Positions 1 to 9,808 are shown, counted from the first letter of the stretch. The stretch: 64,000 bases of DNA from Patescibacteria group bacterium (GCA_048617235.1 JBMCHT010000002.1:63899-127898); one strand, 5' to 3'. The notes: generated by a model from the sequence alone, not told the origin. Program-made: numbers and translations.

Positions 1-2466
1 TACCCGTGATGTCTGTTGATATGACGCAGTTGCTACATTTGTTATAAGTTCATCGGCCAGAGCGTTGAGATGTTCACTATTAGTATCTGCCAGAATCTCA
101 TCTATATCACCCTTAAAGAATTCTGGGACTCGATCCCAAGCCTCACGTCTGAGAGAAAGAAACTTCTGTTGAGCAACAGAAACCCATTGTCGCAAAAACA
201 TCGCGGGTGGATAATGATGTTTTTCTTCTTCGGGCAGAATAGATTCTAACAAGGAAATGATTGAATCAGTATCCTCGTGTGAGTTATCAAGTGATGTAGC
301 GAGTGAAATAAAATCTTCTCCACTTCTATCCCAGCGATTCGACATAACTGTATCCACAAACCATCTCCACCTCTCATCCTGCGGCGCTGTTGCTTCTAGG
401 GAAGTGAAATCTTCAATGTAGTACTCGTGCGCCGCAATAGATCTGTAAGCAAGATAATCTGGAGTTCTGTTTATTAAATGTAGTAAATCTCTACTCGCCT
501 CTGTTCCTTGTGTCATGCGTGCCCAACAAAGAATGAGTAGGTTCTCAATCTTGCTGAGTTCATGAATTGATAGATTGTCTTGTTCGTTTTCGAGAAGGTT
601 CCTTATAACCTCTTTTGCCTGCCTCCTTTCTTCTGGAAAATTATTAGCAAGTGGTACAGCAGAAGCATCAATCTGTCCACGGTGAGTAGAACCTATTGAT
701 TCAATAACAGGTATTGCTAAACAAATCCGGCCAGAAACAATAAGTTCTTTCAACGCCTCCATAGCGGCACTTCTCATTTCTTGAACCTCATTAATGTTAC
801 GTAGTGCCCGTTCCCCAAAAGTCATTTTGTTGCCGTACGAGTATCCTGTTTTGTGGGAAGCTCTTAAAACTTCCGAGAGACCATCCGAAATAAGTTTAAG
901 CTCAACTGAATCAGCAGATGCAATCCTATTTCTTAACAGTTGAATACGGGAAGTGATCTTTCTTGGCCCAGAAATTAGTGGGGACATGTAATCTTGCATT
1001 AACTCAAGCGACTTATAGTTATCGTACATACCCACCTTTACTGATACGCTTATACGCAGAATTGCGCTAAAGAGAGACCCTTCTTCATTTTCAAAAGAAA
1101 TTAGACTCTTTAGAAGTGGTCCGAATGAGTCTGTAGACAAATCAAGTTCTTCTCTCTCAACGCGAGAGAGAACTGAAAAGAGAAAATCAAAACAAGTATT
1201 TGCGGCAAAGTGAGAGACTCTCGACAACCAATCAATTCGGTTTTTAATTTCCTGTATCGAAAGTCTGTCAATTTCAGTAATCCATTGTGTAACAATTGCG
1301 TTCATTGCGCCTACAACTTGGGTAGCATCGTTGTCACGATAAGCACTTCCTAGATTCCCGAAAATACGCTCGGGATTGATATTTGTCCACTCTGTAATTA
1401 GACTAGTCACTTGATCTTGAGTGAAGTTGGTCATCCGAAAGGATAGGAAAATGTCACCTATAATATCTGCGTTAAAACGGATTGTTCTACCAACTTGTTT
1501 TAACACACCTGCTCGTATAAGCCGCTTCAAGGAGTCTTCAACTACAGCAACTGAAGAGTTTGTTCTGCTGGCTAATTCCTCAAGAATCCGCGCATCCTGC
1601 TCGTTAAAACCCGAAATCATAGCCAACTGAGTCAAAAGATTTTCAATATCAAGATTGACCCCTCTCATTACTGAACGAGTATCGGACAGCACATCCTGAG
1701 TTATTCGTTCTCTAAAAGCTTGTATGTTTTCAATGGGTTCGTTTTTGAGTTTTTTACCCATTAACACAATGAGGTAAGGATTGGGGTATTCTCCCAAAAT
1801 TACCTCTTCTGCATCAATTGTCTCCAATCCAGATACTCTGTGTAAGAGAGTGCTTAATTCATCCGCTGTCCAAGAAGTAATCTCTATCTTTTCTCCCGCC
1901 GATCTCAATCTTTGTCGTGTAATTGTCTCTTCAACAAAACTCAACCCGGCCGATCTGAAAGCAAAAATGATTTTTACGTTATTTCTGCTTCTATCCCTAT
2001 TCAAAAACTTTAGAAAAGGTAGGAGCTCTTCCTCATTTTTATCAGCAGCATCATCTAAGATAATTAGATATTTTCCTCCTCTACCAATTGCTGACAATAA
2101 ATCCTCTCGCAATGGACTTCCAGGTTTTACGATGAGTATTCTTTGATCTTCCTTAAACCTAAACGACGCTTCTCTTAGTAGGTGAGACTTTCCATGACCA
2201 GCGGGACCGTATATTAAAAGAAAATCTTTATCATCTGAATCTAAAAAACTTTCGATATCAGAAAGATATCCATTGAATCTATCAATTATGGTTACTGACA
2301 AATTAGTTAATTCAGGTTCTGATTCTTTAAAGTATTGTTCTGGTGTGGCAAAAGAAGGATGATGTTTGAAAATGTAGTTAAAAAATTTACCTGTGACCCA
2401 TCCAGGAAAATACGACAACAGGTTAGATACTAGGAAGAAAAGAATTTTTGCTAGCAAGGCTTCCAT
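1..2466 (-). CDS. Large STAND/NACHT-like P-loop NTPase (Avs/NLR-like candidate), 3'-partial, >822 aa
   Basis: Not in the ORF track because it runs off the window. Manual translation from ATG 2466 gives a hydrophobic N-terminus (MEALLAKILFFLVSNLLSYFPGWV), Walker A LLIYGPAGHGKS, Walker B LIILDDA, sensor-like KIIFAFR and GEYPNPY, then a long helical region. No in-frame stop seen in the parts read. Confidence 0.8.
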   Translation of the reverse strand, partial: MEALLAKILFFLVSNLLSYFPGWVTGKFFNYIFKHHPSFATPEQYFKESEPELTNLSVTIIDRFNGYLSDIESFLDSDDKDFLLIYGPAGHGKSHLLREASFRFKEDQRILIVKPGSPLREDLLSAIGRGGKYLIILDDAADKNEEELLPFLKFLNRDRSRNNVKIIFAFRSAGLSFVEETITRQRLRSAGEKIEITSWTADELSTLLHRVSGLETIDAEEVILGEYPNPYLIVLMGKKLKNEPIENIQAFRERITQDVLSDTRSVMRGVNLDIENLLTQLAMISGFNEQDARILEELASRTNSSVAVVEDSLKRLIRAGVLKQVGRTIRFNADIIGDIFLSFRMTNFTQDQVTSLITEWTNINPERIFGNLGSAYRDNDATQVVGAMNAIVTQWITEIDRLSIQEIKNRIDWLSRVSHFAANTCFDFLFSVLSRVEREELDLSTDSFGPLLKSLISFENEEGSLFSAILRISVSVKVGMYDNYKSLELMQDYMSPLISGPRKITSRIQLLRNRIASADSVELKLISDGLSEVLRASHKTGYSYGNKMTFGERALRNINEVQEMRSAAMEALKELIVSGRICLAIPVIESIGSTHRGQIDASAVPLANNFPEERRQAKEVIRNLLENEQDNLSIHELSKIENLLILCWARMTQGTEASRDLLHLINRTPDYLAYRSIAAHEYYIEDFTSLEATAPQDERWRWFVDTVMSNRWDRSGEDFISLATSLDNSHEDTDSIISLLESILPEEEKHHYPPAMFLRQWVSVAQQKFLSLRREAWDRVPEFFKGDIDEILADTNSEHLNALADELITNVATASYQQTSRV

Positions 2467-2471
2467 GGCAT

Positions 2472-4751
2472 CTAGAGTGTTAGTTTCTTACCATCTACCT
2501 TCCAACCATTTGGACCATCTTGCACCACGATACCGCCATCAAAATTCTTTTTGCCTTTTAACCAATCCTTTAGAGCTTGTTTCTTATACTGCATGTCATT
2601 ACTTTCTGCAGTAAAGCCAGCTTTAGTATCGAGAATCCAAATCTTATTTTTTGTCTTTACAATCCAGTCAGGATAAAAGAGTCGCTCACGATTTTCTGTC
2701 TCGTGATAATACGGAATGGAGAAGTATTCACTTCCAGAGTCACCGTTTTTGTACCACCACTCGACCTTGCTTGATGATTCAAGATACTTAATAAACTCTT
2801 TTTCATTTTGGACAGGTTCTTTCTGAATATAGAAAGGTTGCATTGCAGACTTTTTGACTTTCATTTCTTCATAGAGATCGGTGAAAAATAGGTATTCTCT
2901 CGGTATTTCAAGTACTTCGGTTCGACGTGTTCGTTTAGCTTTCTCTTTGACTTCCTTTTCACGAATCGGGCGATACTTTTCTAGTGTCTCACCAAGAATA
3001 GGTCGTAGTACACTATCTGGGCGGAGTAGATCATTTACAATAACTTTGTAATAATCTTCACGAGCGAGATCAAGAAGGTTAGAAAAATATACGTTCAGTG
3101 CGGTTTTCAACTTTCCCCATGAACGTTCTGGTGCAAATTTCTTATTCTCATCTTCTTGCTTGGAAATGATATTGAAACAGAGAAGATTATAGAGACGCTC
3201 CAGATCATTACGTGATATTTCATTTGAAAGCTCTGCTGTACTTTCTCTTAGCTCCTCAACGAAGTTGTCGTAGTTTTCTATCTCAGCATCAACAATAAGA
3301 CTACTTTCTACTTTCACATCAGTGACATCGAGACTTTGTTCTTTAAATTTCTTTTTTATCTGAGCTTTCGTGTCTCCATCTTTAATGCCAAGTTCTTTGT
3401 TAGCAACTTGCCTGAACGTCTTCTGGAATGAATCACCCAGGTCATTGTAGTCAGCACGACTCATGAAAACAGACTCAAGCTCTATCGGCTTAATGTCTTT
3501 CTTGCGTCGACTGATTTGTGTGGCAGGACGATTTTCTCCTTTCTGCTTATCGTACTCAGCAAGGATCTGATTCCGTTCGTAGTTTGTATATAAGTATCCA
3601 ATGTTAAGCTCGGGCATTGGATAATGAATGGCTTCTGGCATACGAAGAATTCTACCGACAGTTTGAATATGAAAGACTGGGCTTTTAATTTCTCGATACA
3701 TCACCAAAATAGCTGCACGAGGACAATCCCATCCAGTCGCGGCTGCCTGTTTGAAAACTAAAAAGTTTATCTCTGAATCACTTTTTTCAATTTCGTCTAA
3801 ATTCTCTTTGTCGTTTGAAAGCCAAACAGCAACATTATGATCTTCTTCTCCTTTATCTTTAAGGAAATCTAAAACAACATCCTTCTTTGATTTATCTAAG
3901 GTTTCCTTACGAGCCTTGTCATCATTAGGGAGCTGAACAAGTACCAGAGGATTAATATCAACACCAAGTTTTTTATAACTCTTCTTAAGCTCTAAACGCT
4001 TTGAGTATGCAAGATCAAGCAAAAGAAGATCTTGATCAATCTCTTTCTTGGCTTCTTTCTCAATATCCTCCTTAGTCTGAGTTATAACTTTTTCCTTAAT
4101 TAGACCTTCCTCTATAACCGCATCACGTTCCACCTCCACAAAACCAACCTTTTTGTTCTTCACATCAGAATATGATGGTTCTTTCTTTGGAGTGGCTGTA
4201 ATTTTAAGGATGATACGAGGATCAATCAGGTTAATAAGCTCTTGAGCCAGATCGGTACTTGCATCACGATGAGCTTCGTCAATAATCAAAACGATTTCCC
4301 GACCATCTGCTTGCGATTTCTGAATAAAAGAGTCAAAAGTAATATCGTTCTCGTTTTCTTTACGTAACTTGCGACCATCTTTTGTTGAAGTTTTAATTTT
4401 TTGCCAATTAATAAAGAAAACGCTGTTCTTTTCTAGTTTTGCGTTTCGAGTAAGGTCATTTAAATCAAGTAGTTCGATTTCTCCGGCTCCGCCATAATAT
4501 TTAAAAAGTTTTTTCTTGCTCTGCTCGTATGATTCTTCGTTGAAAGTGAACCACACAAATGCCTTATCAGCATTAAATTGTGGATCGCCTGTTAAGTCAC
4601 GCAAAAACTGAGCGGTCATTACTGTCTTTCCTGAACCAGTTGGTGATTTAAAAATAAGCTCGAGCCTACGATTTCCAGTACCCCAAAGTTCGAGAAAACT
4701 TTTTCGTAGTTCAGCTATCGCTTTTTCTTGAAAGGTTTTAAGTGTAAACAT
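2472..4751 (-). CDS. res: Type III restriction-modification Res subunit (SF2 helicase + PD-(D/E)XK nuclease)
   Basis: Walker A SPTGSGKT, IIDEAH, TATP, GWDCPRA, QTVGRILR, C-terminal FYPDW..LDTK; directly downstream of mod. Confidence 0.9.
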   Translation of the reverse strand: MFTLKTFQEKAIAELRKSFLELWGTGNRRLELIFKSPTGSGKTVMTAQFLRDLTGDPQFNADKAFVWFTFNEESYEQSKKKLFKYYGGAGEIELLDLNDLTRNAKLEKNSVFFINWQKIKTSTKDGRKLRKENENDITFDSFIQKSQADGREIVLIIDEAHRDASTDLAQELINLIDPRIILKITATPKKEPSYSDVKNKKVGFVEVERDAVIEEGLIKEKVITQTKEDIEKEAKKEIDQDLLLLDLAYSKRLELKKSYKKLGVDINPLVLVQLPNDDKARKETLDKSKKDVVLDFLKDKGEEDHNVAVWLSNDKENLDEIEKSDSEINFLVFKQAAATGWDCPRAAILVMYREIKSPVFHIQTVGRILRMPEAIHYPMPELNIGYLYTNYERNQILAEYDKQKGENRPATQISRRKKDIKPIELESVFMSRADYNDLGDSFQKTFRQVANKELGIKDGDTKAQIKKKFKEQSLDVTDVKVESSLIVDAEIENYDNFVEELRESTAELSNEISRNDLERLYNLLCFNIISKQEDENKKFAPERSWGKLKTALNVYFSNLLDLAREDYYKVIVNDLLRPDSVLRPILGETLEKYRPIREKEVKEKAKRTRRTEVLEIPREYLFFTDLYEEMKVKKSAMQPFYIQKEPVQNEKEFIKYLESSSKVEWWYKNGDSGSEYFSIPYYHETENRERLFYPDWIVKTKNKIWILDTKAGFTAESNDMQYKKQALKDWLKGKKNFDGGIVVQDGPNGWKVDGKKLTL

Positions 4752-4753
4752 AA

Positions 4754-6394
4754 TTATTTCTTGTTAATTTCCTTGTATACTTCAAGGATCGGTTCTGGAA
4801 TATCTTCAACTCGAATATTCTTATATTCAGAAAACTCGTTTTTATACTCATTCTTGCCCCAACTAAAGATATATAGAGCTGCACTGTCAGATTTGCTGAT
4901 TTTACCAACAAGCTCGTCAAGCTTTTCTTTATCTTCTTTAAAGTAAATAGCGGTAGTTCTACCTTTCTTGTCGATAAATATCTGCCACCAGTCATTTTTT
5001 TCTCTCTCTGTGAGTGTGTCCTCTCGCAATGCAATCATACGACCTGCCTGATAGGTAAGTTCGATTTTCTTGTGGTCCGAAACATTGTGTACTGACTCAA
5101 CATCTACAAACTCTGTCTTGTAATATCGAAGGTTTGATGGGATGCCTTCTGTATTACCATATCCCTCAATTACATTCTTTATGCGTGGATATGTAATTTC
5201 TCGAGCAATACCGCCTTCATTATTTGTACACAAAATAAATTTGTGGTTCTGATTATATTTTTGATTGATTAAAGCAACAGCATGTCCTGTGGTTTCTGAG
5301 CCAGCAAAAAAATCCAACACTGTAGCGTTTTCTTTATCATAAATCACCGTTTCTAAACATTTAGCTGTTGCAAAAAGTGACTTTGGATAAGGAAACTCTG
5401 ATCCTACAATATTTTTAACCAGCATTGTTCCATACTTACCTGCATCTAATTCACCTCCAGTCCAAACTGTTTTATATCTAGCCGAAACAGCAGTAACATA
5501 CAGCTGGTAATCTCCTTTTCTTTCCTTAACTTCTATTCTCTTTACATGGTTTTCTATAGAATCTATACCAAAGTGCCATCTTCTCTCATCTCCCTTATCA
5601 TCTATTGGCCACACTTCGATCTCTCCATTATCTAAACTTTTACTTCTTTGAGATGGATGAAAATTTACATCTGGAACCTGACCTATACGAACAACTTTTC
5701 CATCTTTAACATAAATAGGAAAGAACATTGTTGGTCGATCAGTTCTATATGAGGCACGTCCAGCACGCCTTAGATTTCTTGTATCAATTTTATCCTCAGG
5801 ATTTTTGCCGATAACAGATTTACCCTTTGGAATCACAAAATGAGCATATTCATGTGATTCTGAAAAATTTCTACTTGGTAAACCTTTAGGGTTATGCTCA
5901 ATTACAATAGTAATTATTTCATGTGTTGGGAATAATTCAGCAAGAAGTATTAGCAGTGTGCCGTTTTCATATTTATCAATTGTGGCAATTAATACACCAT
6001 CATCTTTTAGAAGATTTTTGGCAATCCTAAGACGATTATTCATCATGGATATCCATTTGCTGTGGCGGAATGAGTCATTCTCATCCACGTAGTCATTATT
6101 GTATTTCCAATCCTTAGCACCTGTATTGTAAGGTGGGTCTATATAGATTAAATCTATACTCTTACGATGAGTATAATTTAAAACAGTAAGTGCGTGATAA
6201 TTATCACCCTCGATAAGCAAGTTTGTAGGTTTTTCTAGACTCTTTTCTACAATCTTTTTTTCATCCTCACTAAAAATTGGAATCTTTGTTTTACATTGTT
6301 CAACAACATCTTCTGGTTTATCTTCCCAAACCAAACCGTAAGATTTTCGAGACTCAAGTTTCTTGATCTCCTCAAGCAATTCCTCCTTATTCAT
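4754..6394 (-). CDS. mod: Type III R-M Mod subunit (N6-adenine DNA methyltransferase, beta class)
   Basis: YGLVWEDKPE N-terminus, IEGDNY, IYIDPPYNTG (motif IV), FPYPKS, LDFFAGSETT (motif I with G>E). Confidence 0.92.
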   Translation of the reverse strand: MNKEELLEEIKKLESRKSYGLVWEDKPEDVVEQCKTKIPIFSEDEKKIVEKSLEKPTNLLIEGDNYHALTVLNYTHRKSIDLIYIDPPYNTGAKDWKYNNDYVDENDSFRHSKWISMMNNRLRIAKNLLKDDGVLIATIDKYENGTLLILLAELFPTHEIITIVIEHNPKGLPSRNFSESHEYAHFVIPKGKSVIGKNPEDKIDTRNLRRAGRASYRTDRPTMFFPIYVKDGKVVRIGQVPDVNFHPSQRSKSLDNGEIEVWPIDDKGDERRWHFGIDSIENHVKRIEVKERKGDYQLYVTAVSARYKTVWTGGELDAGKYGTMLVKNIVGSEFPYPKSLFATAKCLETVIYDKENATVLDFFAGSETTGHAVALINQKYNQNHKFILCTNNEGGIAREITYPRIKNVIEGYGNTEGIPSNLRYYKTEFVDVESVHNVSDHKKIELTYQAGRMIALREDTLTEREKNDWWQIFIDKKGRTTAIYFKEDKEKLDELVGKISKSDSAALYIFSWGKNEYKNEFSEYKNIRVEDIPEPILEVYKEINKK

Positions 6395-6573
6395 TTTTGA
6401 GTAATCTTTTGATATGTTATTTTAACATTAAATCACATTTAGACTTATTTTTCCATCTTAAATTTATCTCTCCAACCCTAACATTTATTGAGAAATATAA
6501 GTAATAAGTTACCAACTCTATCCTCTCCGGACGCTCTAGACTCCCCCAACCTATTCTGTCATTCCTTAGAGAT

Positions 6574-7877
6574 ATGGAAGAAATAGAGATCAAATATGTC
6601 CTCTGTGCTCGAAAGAGCTCAGAAAGTGATGAAAAACAAGCTCTCTCAATAGAGGCGCAAGTTAAAGAAATGATCCAGATGGCTGAAAGAGAGGATTTGG
6701 AGATAGTAGAGATACGTCGAGAATCTCATTCAGCTAAAGACTCAGGTAAAAGACCAATATTTAATGAACTTCTGAAAGATATTAGAGATGACAGATTCAA
6801 TGGAATAATTGTTTGGCATCCAGATAGATTAAGTAGAAATGCTGGAGATCTTGGTAGTTTAGTAGATTTAATGGATCAGAAGAAACTAGTGGAGATAAAA
6901 ACTTATGGGCAGAAATTTACCAATACTCCTAGTGAAAAGTTTCTCCTCATGATTTTATGTAGCCAAGCAAAACTGGAAAATGACAATAAAAGCGTCAACG
7001 TTAAGAGAGGCTTAAGAATGAGATGTGAGATGGGCTTGTGGCCAGCGCCGACCCCCACAGGATATTTAAATGAAAAGAGGATAGATAGAAAAGGTTATGT
7101 CTATATTGATAAAGAAAGAGGTCCGGTAATAAAAAAGATGTTTGAGAAAGTTGCTTATGAAAAATGGTCAGGTAGGAAGGTATATCATTGGCTTAAGTTT
7201 GATTTGAATTTCAAAAGTTCAACCAGTGGTAAAAACTTAACTTTAAGTAATATATACAGATTACTACAAACCCCTTTCTACTATAGTCGGTTTGAATACC
7301 CCGCTGGTAGTGGTAATTGGTACCAAGGAAGACATGAACCATTAATAACTGAGGAATTGTACCAAAAAGCTCAAGAACACCTTAAAAGAGATAGAATTAC
7401 CCGAGGAGAATCTAAAGAATTTGCTTTCACTAGATTAATACACTGTGGGTTATGCAAATCCGGAGTCTGTGCTGAAGAGAAGTTCAAAAAATTGAAATCC
7501 GGAAAAACCTTAAGGTATGTCTACTATGGGTGTAATAGATCAAAAGACAGATTCTGTAAATGTGGCTACATTCGAGAAGAAAACCTAATCAAAGACTTAT
7601 GGATCAAATAGATGAACTAGATGTTAATGATGTGGCTGTACAGAAGAAGTTCCAAGCTGAATATACTAGAGCCAGTAGATTTCAAAAGAAGTTTTTAGGA
7701 AAAGAAAACAGTAAAGTGAAAGTGGATAATTTAGATATTAAAAGTTATATAAAACATGTGTTGATCGAAGGAACCGTTGAAGAAAAAAGAGAACTATTGG
7801 GAGAGATACAAAATAAATTAATTTTAAAAGAAAGAAAAATTATTTTGGAAAACATAAGTAACGACAGCGGCAATTAA
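6574..7877 (+). pseudogene. Large serine recombinase, frameshifted near 7599
   Basis: ARKSSE catalytic motif, PDRLSRN, recombinase domain, Zn ribbon CGLC..CNRS..CKC. ORFs 6574-7611 and 7560-7877 join by restoring one A (TTA ATG GAT CAA), giving about 434 aa. Confidence 0.8.
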
Positions 7878-8768
7878 AATAATTAATACACCTATAAAAA
7901 TTTTACCGAAAGGTTTTTCATGCCACTCTTTAGATATGTTTAAAGTTTTTTTAAGAGACGTTTTTTTAAAATTATCTCCAACACCAAAATGAATTTGTGA
8001 ATTATTAATAACAGGATCTTGGTCTTTTTCATTTACAATAGCACTATTTTCAATATCATAATTATTATTGGAAACAATAGAAACATTTTTACCTCTAATT
8101 AGTAATCTCATATCCTCACAAAATAAGACATCATTCATCGAATTAACAGCCTTTATCCATTCATTTTTATCACCTTTATATATTTTTATATCCACAAGCC
8201 TCAGAACAACCTTATTTAAGTCATAATCTGAAAGCTCTTTCAAAACACCCAGAACCCAATTCTTTCTTGTAGAACCATCATGTTTTACATTTATCCCAAT
8301 CTCTTGAAAAAATTTAGTTAAATAAAAAGAAGATCTATAGATTGGAAATTTTTCTGCGTTATCTCCACATATAAAATCTGCAATATTTTCCAAAGTCACA
8401 TCATCAATATCACTTAATACGACATCGCTTTTAATAACAGAAAAATAATTATTTAACTTTTCTTTTATAAAATTAAAATCTTTTATAATTTTTACCTCTT
8501 CTTCTTGTTTATGAGAAGTTATATTTTCAATAAGATCAACAAAATCCTGGATTTTATAAACTATATTTTTAATACTTTCTAAATTTAAATTATTTAGATC
8601 AAGACCCTCAAAAGATTCAAGTGCAACATTTAATTTAAATTGCCATTCTCCATTATCACCCACATCAACAGTATCAGATAAATTTTGAAGATTCCTTTGC
8701 ATATCTTCTATTGTGGATATACAAAGTTCGTTTAAAAATATATTTTTAAATACTATGTCATTATTCAT
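7824..8768 (-). CDS. Hypothetical protein with AbiJ-like/abortive-infection-associated domain and C-terminal TM helix
   Basis: IADFICGD..IYRSSFYLTKFF..HDGSTRKNWVL resembles N-terminal domains of Abi-type proteins (from recall); C-terminal IFIGVLIILIAAVVTYVF; very AT-rich. Confidence 0.5.
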   Translation of the reverse strand: MNNDIVFKNIFLNELCISTIEDMQRNLQNLSDTVDVGDNGEWQFKLNVALESFEGLDLNNLNLESIKNIVYKIQDFVDLIENITSHKQEEEVKIIKDFNFIKEKLNNYFSVIKSDVVLSDIDDVTLENIADFICGDNAEKFPIYRSSFYLTKFFQEIGINVKHDGSTRKNWVLGVLKELSDYDLNKVVLRLVDIKIYKGDKNEWIKAVNSMNDVLFCEDMRLLIRGKNVSIVSNNNYDIENSAIVNEKDQDPVINNSQIHFGVGDNFKKTSLKKTLNISKEWHEKPFGKIFIGVLIILIAAVVTYVFQNNFSFF

Positions 8769-8814
8769 AATAATTAGGCATCTCGGTCTTGCGCGATACC
8801 TCTACTTGCTCGTG

Positions 8815-8885
8815 CTGCCCGGCAGGGACTCGAACCCCGATTTCTTGGACCAAAACCAAGCGTCCTGCCATTAGACGACCGGGCA
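8815..8885 (-). tRNA. tRNA-Gln(TTG)
   Basis: Acceptor TGCCCGG/CCGGGCA, anticodon arm CTTGG-TTTTGGT-CCAAG, T-loop GTTCGAGTC. Confidence 0.95.
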
Positions 8886-8887
8886 AT

Positions 8888-9085
8888 ATAACTTAAACTA
8901 TACTATACCACAAACGGGTTCGAGTCAGGGACTCGGTCACAACTCTCGCTTCGCTCGGTCGCGACCCCGCCTCACAGTTGTTGTGTCGCTTCGCTCCTTA
9001 CAACATGTTCCGGCTCTGACTCTGGCACGGAAGCCAAGCAGTTGGCTTCCTACTCCGTTTCACTACGTGCCCGGGTCAGCCCCTC
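8888..9085 (-). other. Structured non-coding insert between the duplicated tRNA-Gln 5' halves
   Basis: Perfect hairpin GGAAGCCAA-N4-TTGGCTTCC (9029-9050); TCGCTTCGCTC repeated at 8946 and 8986; further stems need G-U pairs on the minus strand. Confidence 0.6.
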
Positions 9086-9131
9086 TTCTTGGACCAAAAC
9101 CAAGCGTCCTGCCATTAGACGACCGGGCAAT
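9086..9131 (-). repeat. 46-bp direct repeat covering the 5' half of tRNA-Gln (copy of 8842-8887)
   Basis: ttcttggaccaaaaccaagcgtcctgccattagacgaccgggcaat is present at both positions. Confidence 0.92.
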
Positions 9132-9161
9132 CTTTCCTATTCTGCCTCAAACCGCTTCATT

Positions 9162-9803
9162 TTACAAGTTTTCCAAACTTAATTCTTCAAATTCATCATC
9201 AAAGTAATAAAGAAAAGGACCTCGAAATTCCTGTAATAAACCTTGGGAATTATAAGGGGAAATAAAGCCAAAACCGTCTTGGTAATCAGACCATTTTAAA
9301 AGTAGAATATCTTCTAAATCTGAAGGTTTAATATTATCCCGATCCAAATCGGTTACAATGTTGGTGGCTATCGGTAATACCGCTTCAGCTTCGGCTTGAG
9401 GTAAATATGTTCTAACAGTTTCATCGGCTAAATCTTCCAAAGAGACAAAATCCGAATACTGATAAGCCAATAGATAATTATCTTGTAATAATTTTTCCTT
9501 CATCTTCGAAGAGACTTCTCTGGCTAAAGCCGGACGACTGGACAAAATAACATCCACGGCACCGGTTTTTAGTAATTGAAATGAATCCATTGAAGAGGCA
9601 GTCCTCACTTCTTCTAATCCATACTGAGATACTAATTGTCCACCGTATTTATCTATATTGGGGCAAAAAGCCAAAGACGGCTTGGAAGCTGTCAATACAG
9701 CTGCCGGAGAATATTTGGTTAAATTATTAAAATTAACAACCAAAAGTAAAACAATAATCAAAAGTATTCCGCCACTTAGCCATAAAATTTTATTTTTTAA
9801 CAT
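9162..9803 (-). CDS. Membrane-anchored hypothetical protein (possible periplasmic-binding-like fold)
   Basis: N-terminal TM helix; LKTGAVDVILSSR resembles PBP-type segments. Confidence 0.5.
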   Translation of the reverse strand: MLKNKILWLSGGILLIIVLLLVVNFNNLTKYSPAAVLTASKPSLAFCPNIDKYGGQLVSQYGLEEVRTASSMDSFQLLKTGAVDVILSSRPALAREVSSKMKEKLLQDNYLLAYQYSDFVSLEDLADETVRTYLPQAEAEAVLPIATNIVTDLDRDNIKPSDLEDILLLKWSDYQDGFGFISPYNSQGLLQEFRGPFLYYFDDEFEELSLENL

Positions 9804-9808
9804 AATTA

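Larger units (their letters stand above)
1..8814. mobile_element. Defence/genomic island at the 3' side of tRNA-Gln (left end outside window)
   Basis: Serine recombinase, type III R-M, STAND NTPase and Abi-like gene next to a tRNA. CCGG is rare here compared with the core. Confidence 0.7.

Noticed and set aside
1110-2774. Short ORFs 1110-1295, 1421-1630, 1781-2146, 2393-2614 and 2577-2774
   Set aside because: Shadow frames of the long minus-strand NTPase and of res
8983-9207. 74-aa plus-strand ORF over the tRNA-Gln insert
   Set aside because: Overlaps the tRNA repeat and hairpins, has no recognisable motif and is probably spurious
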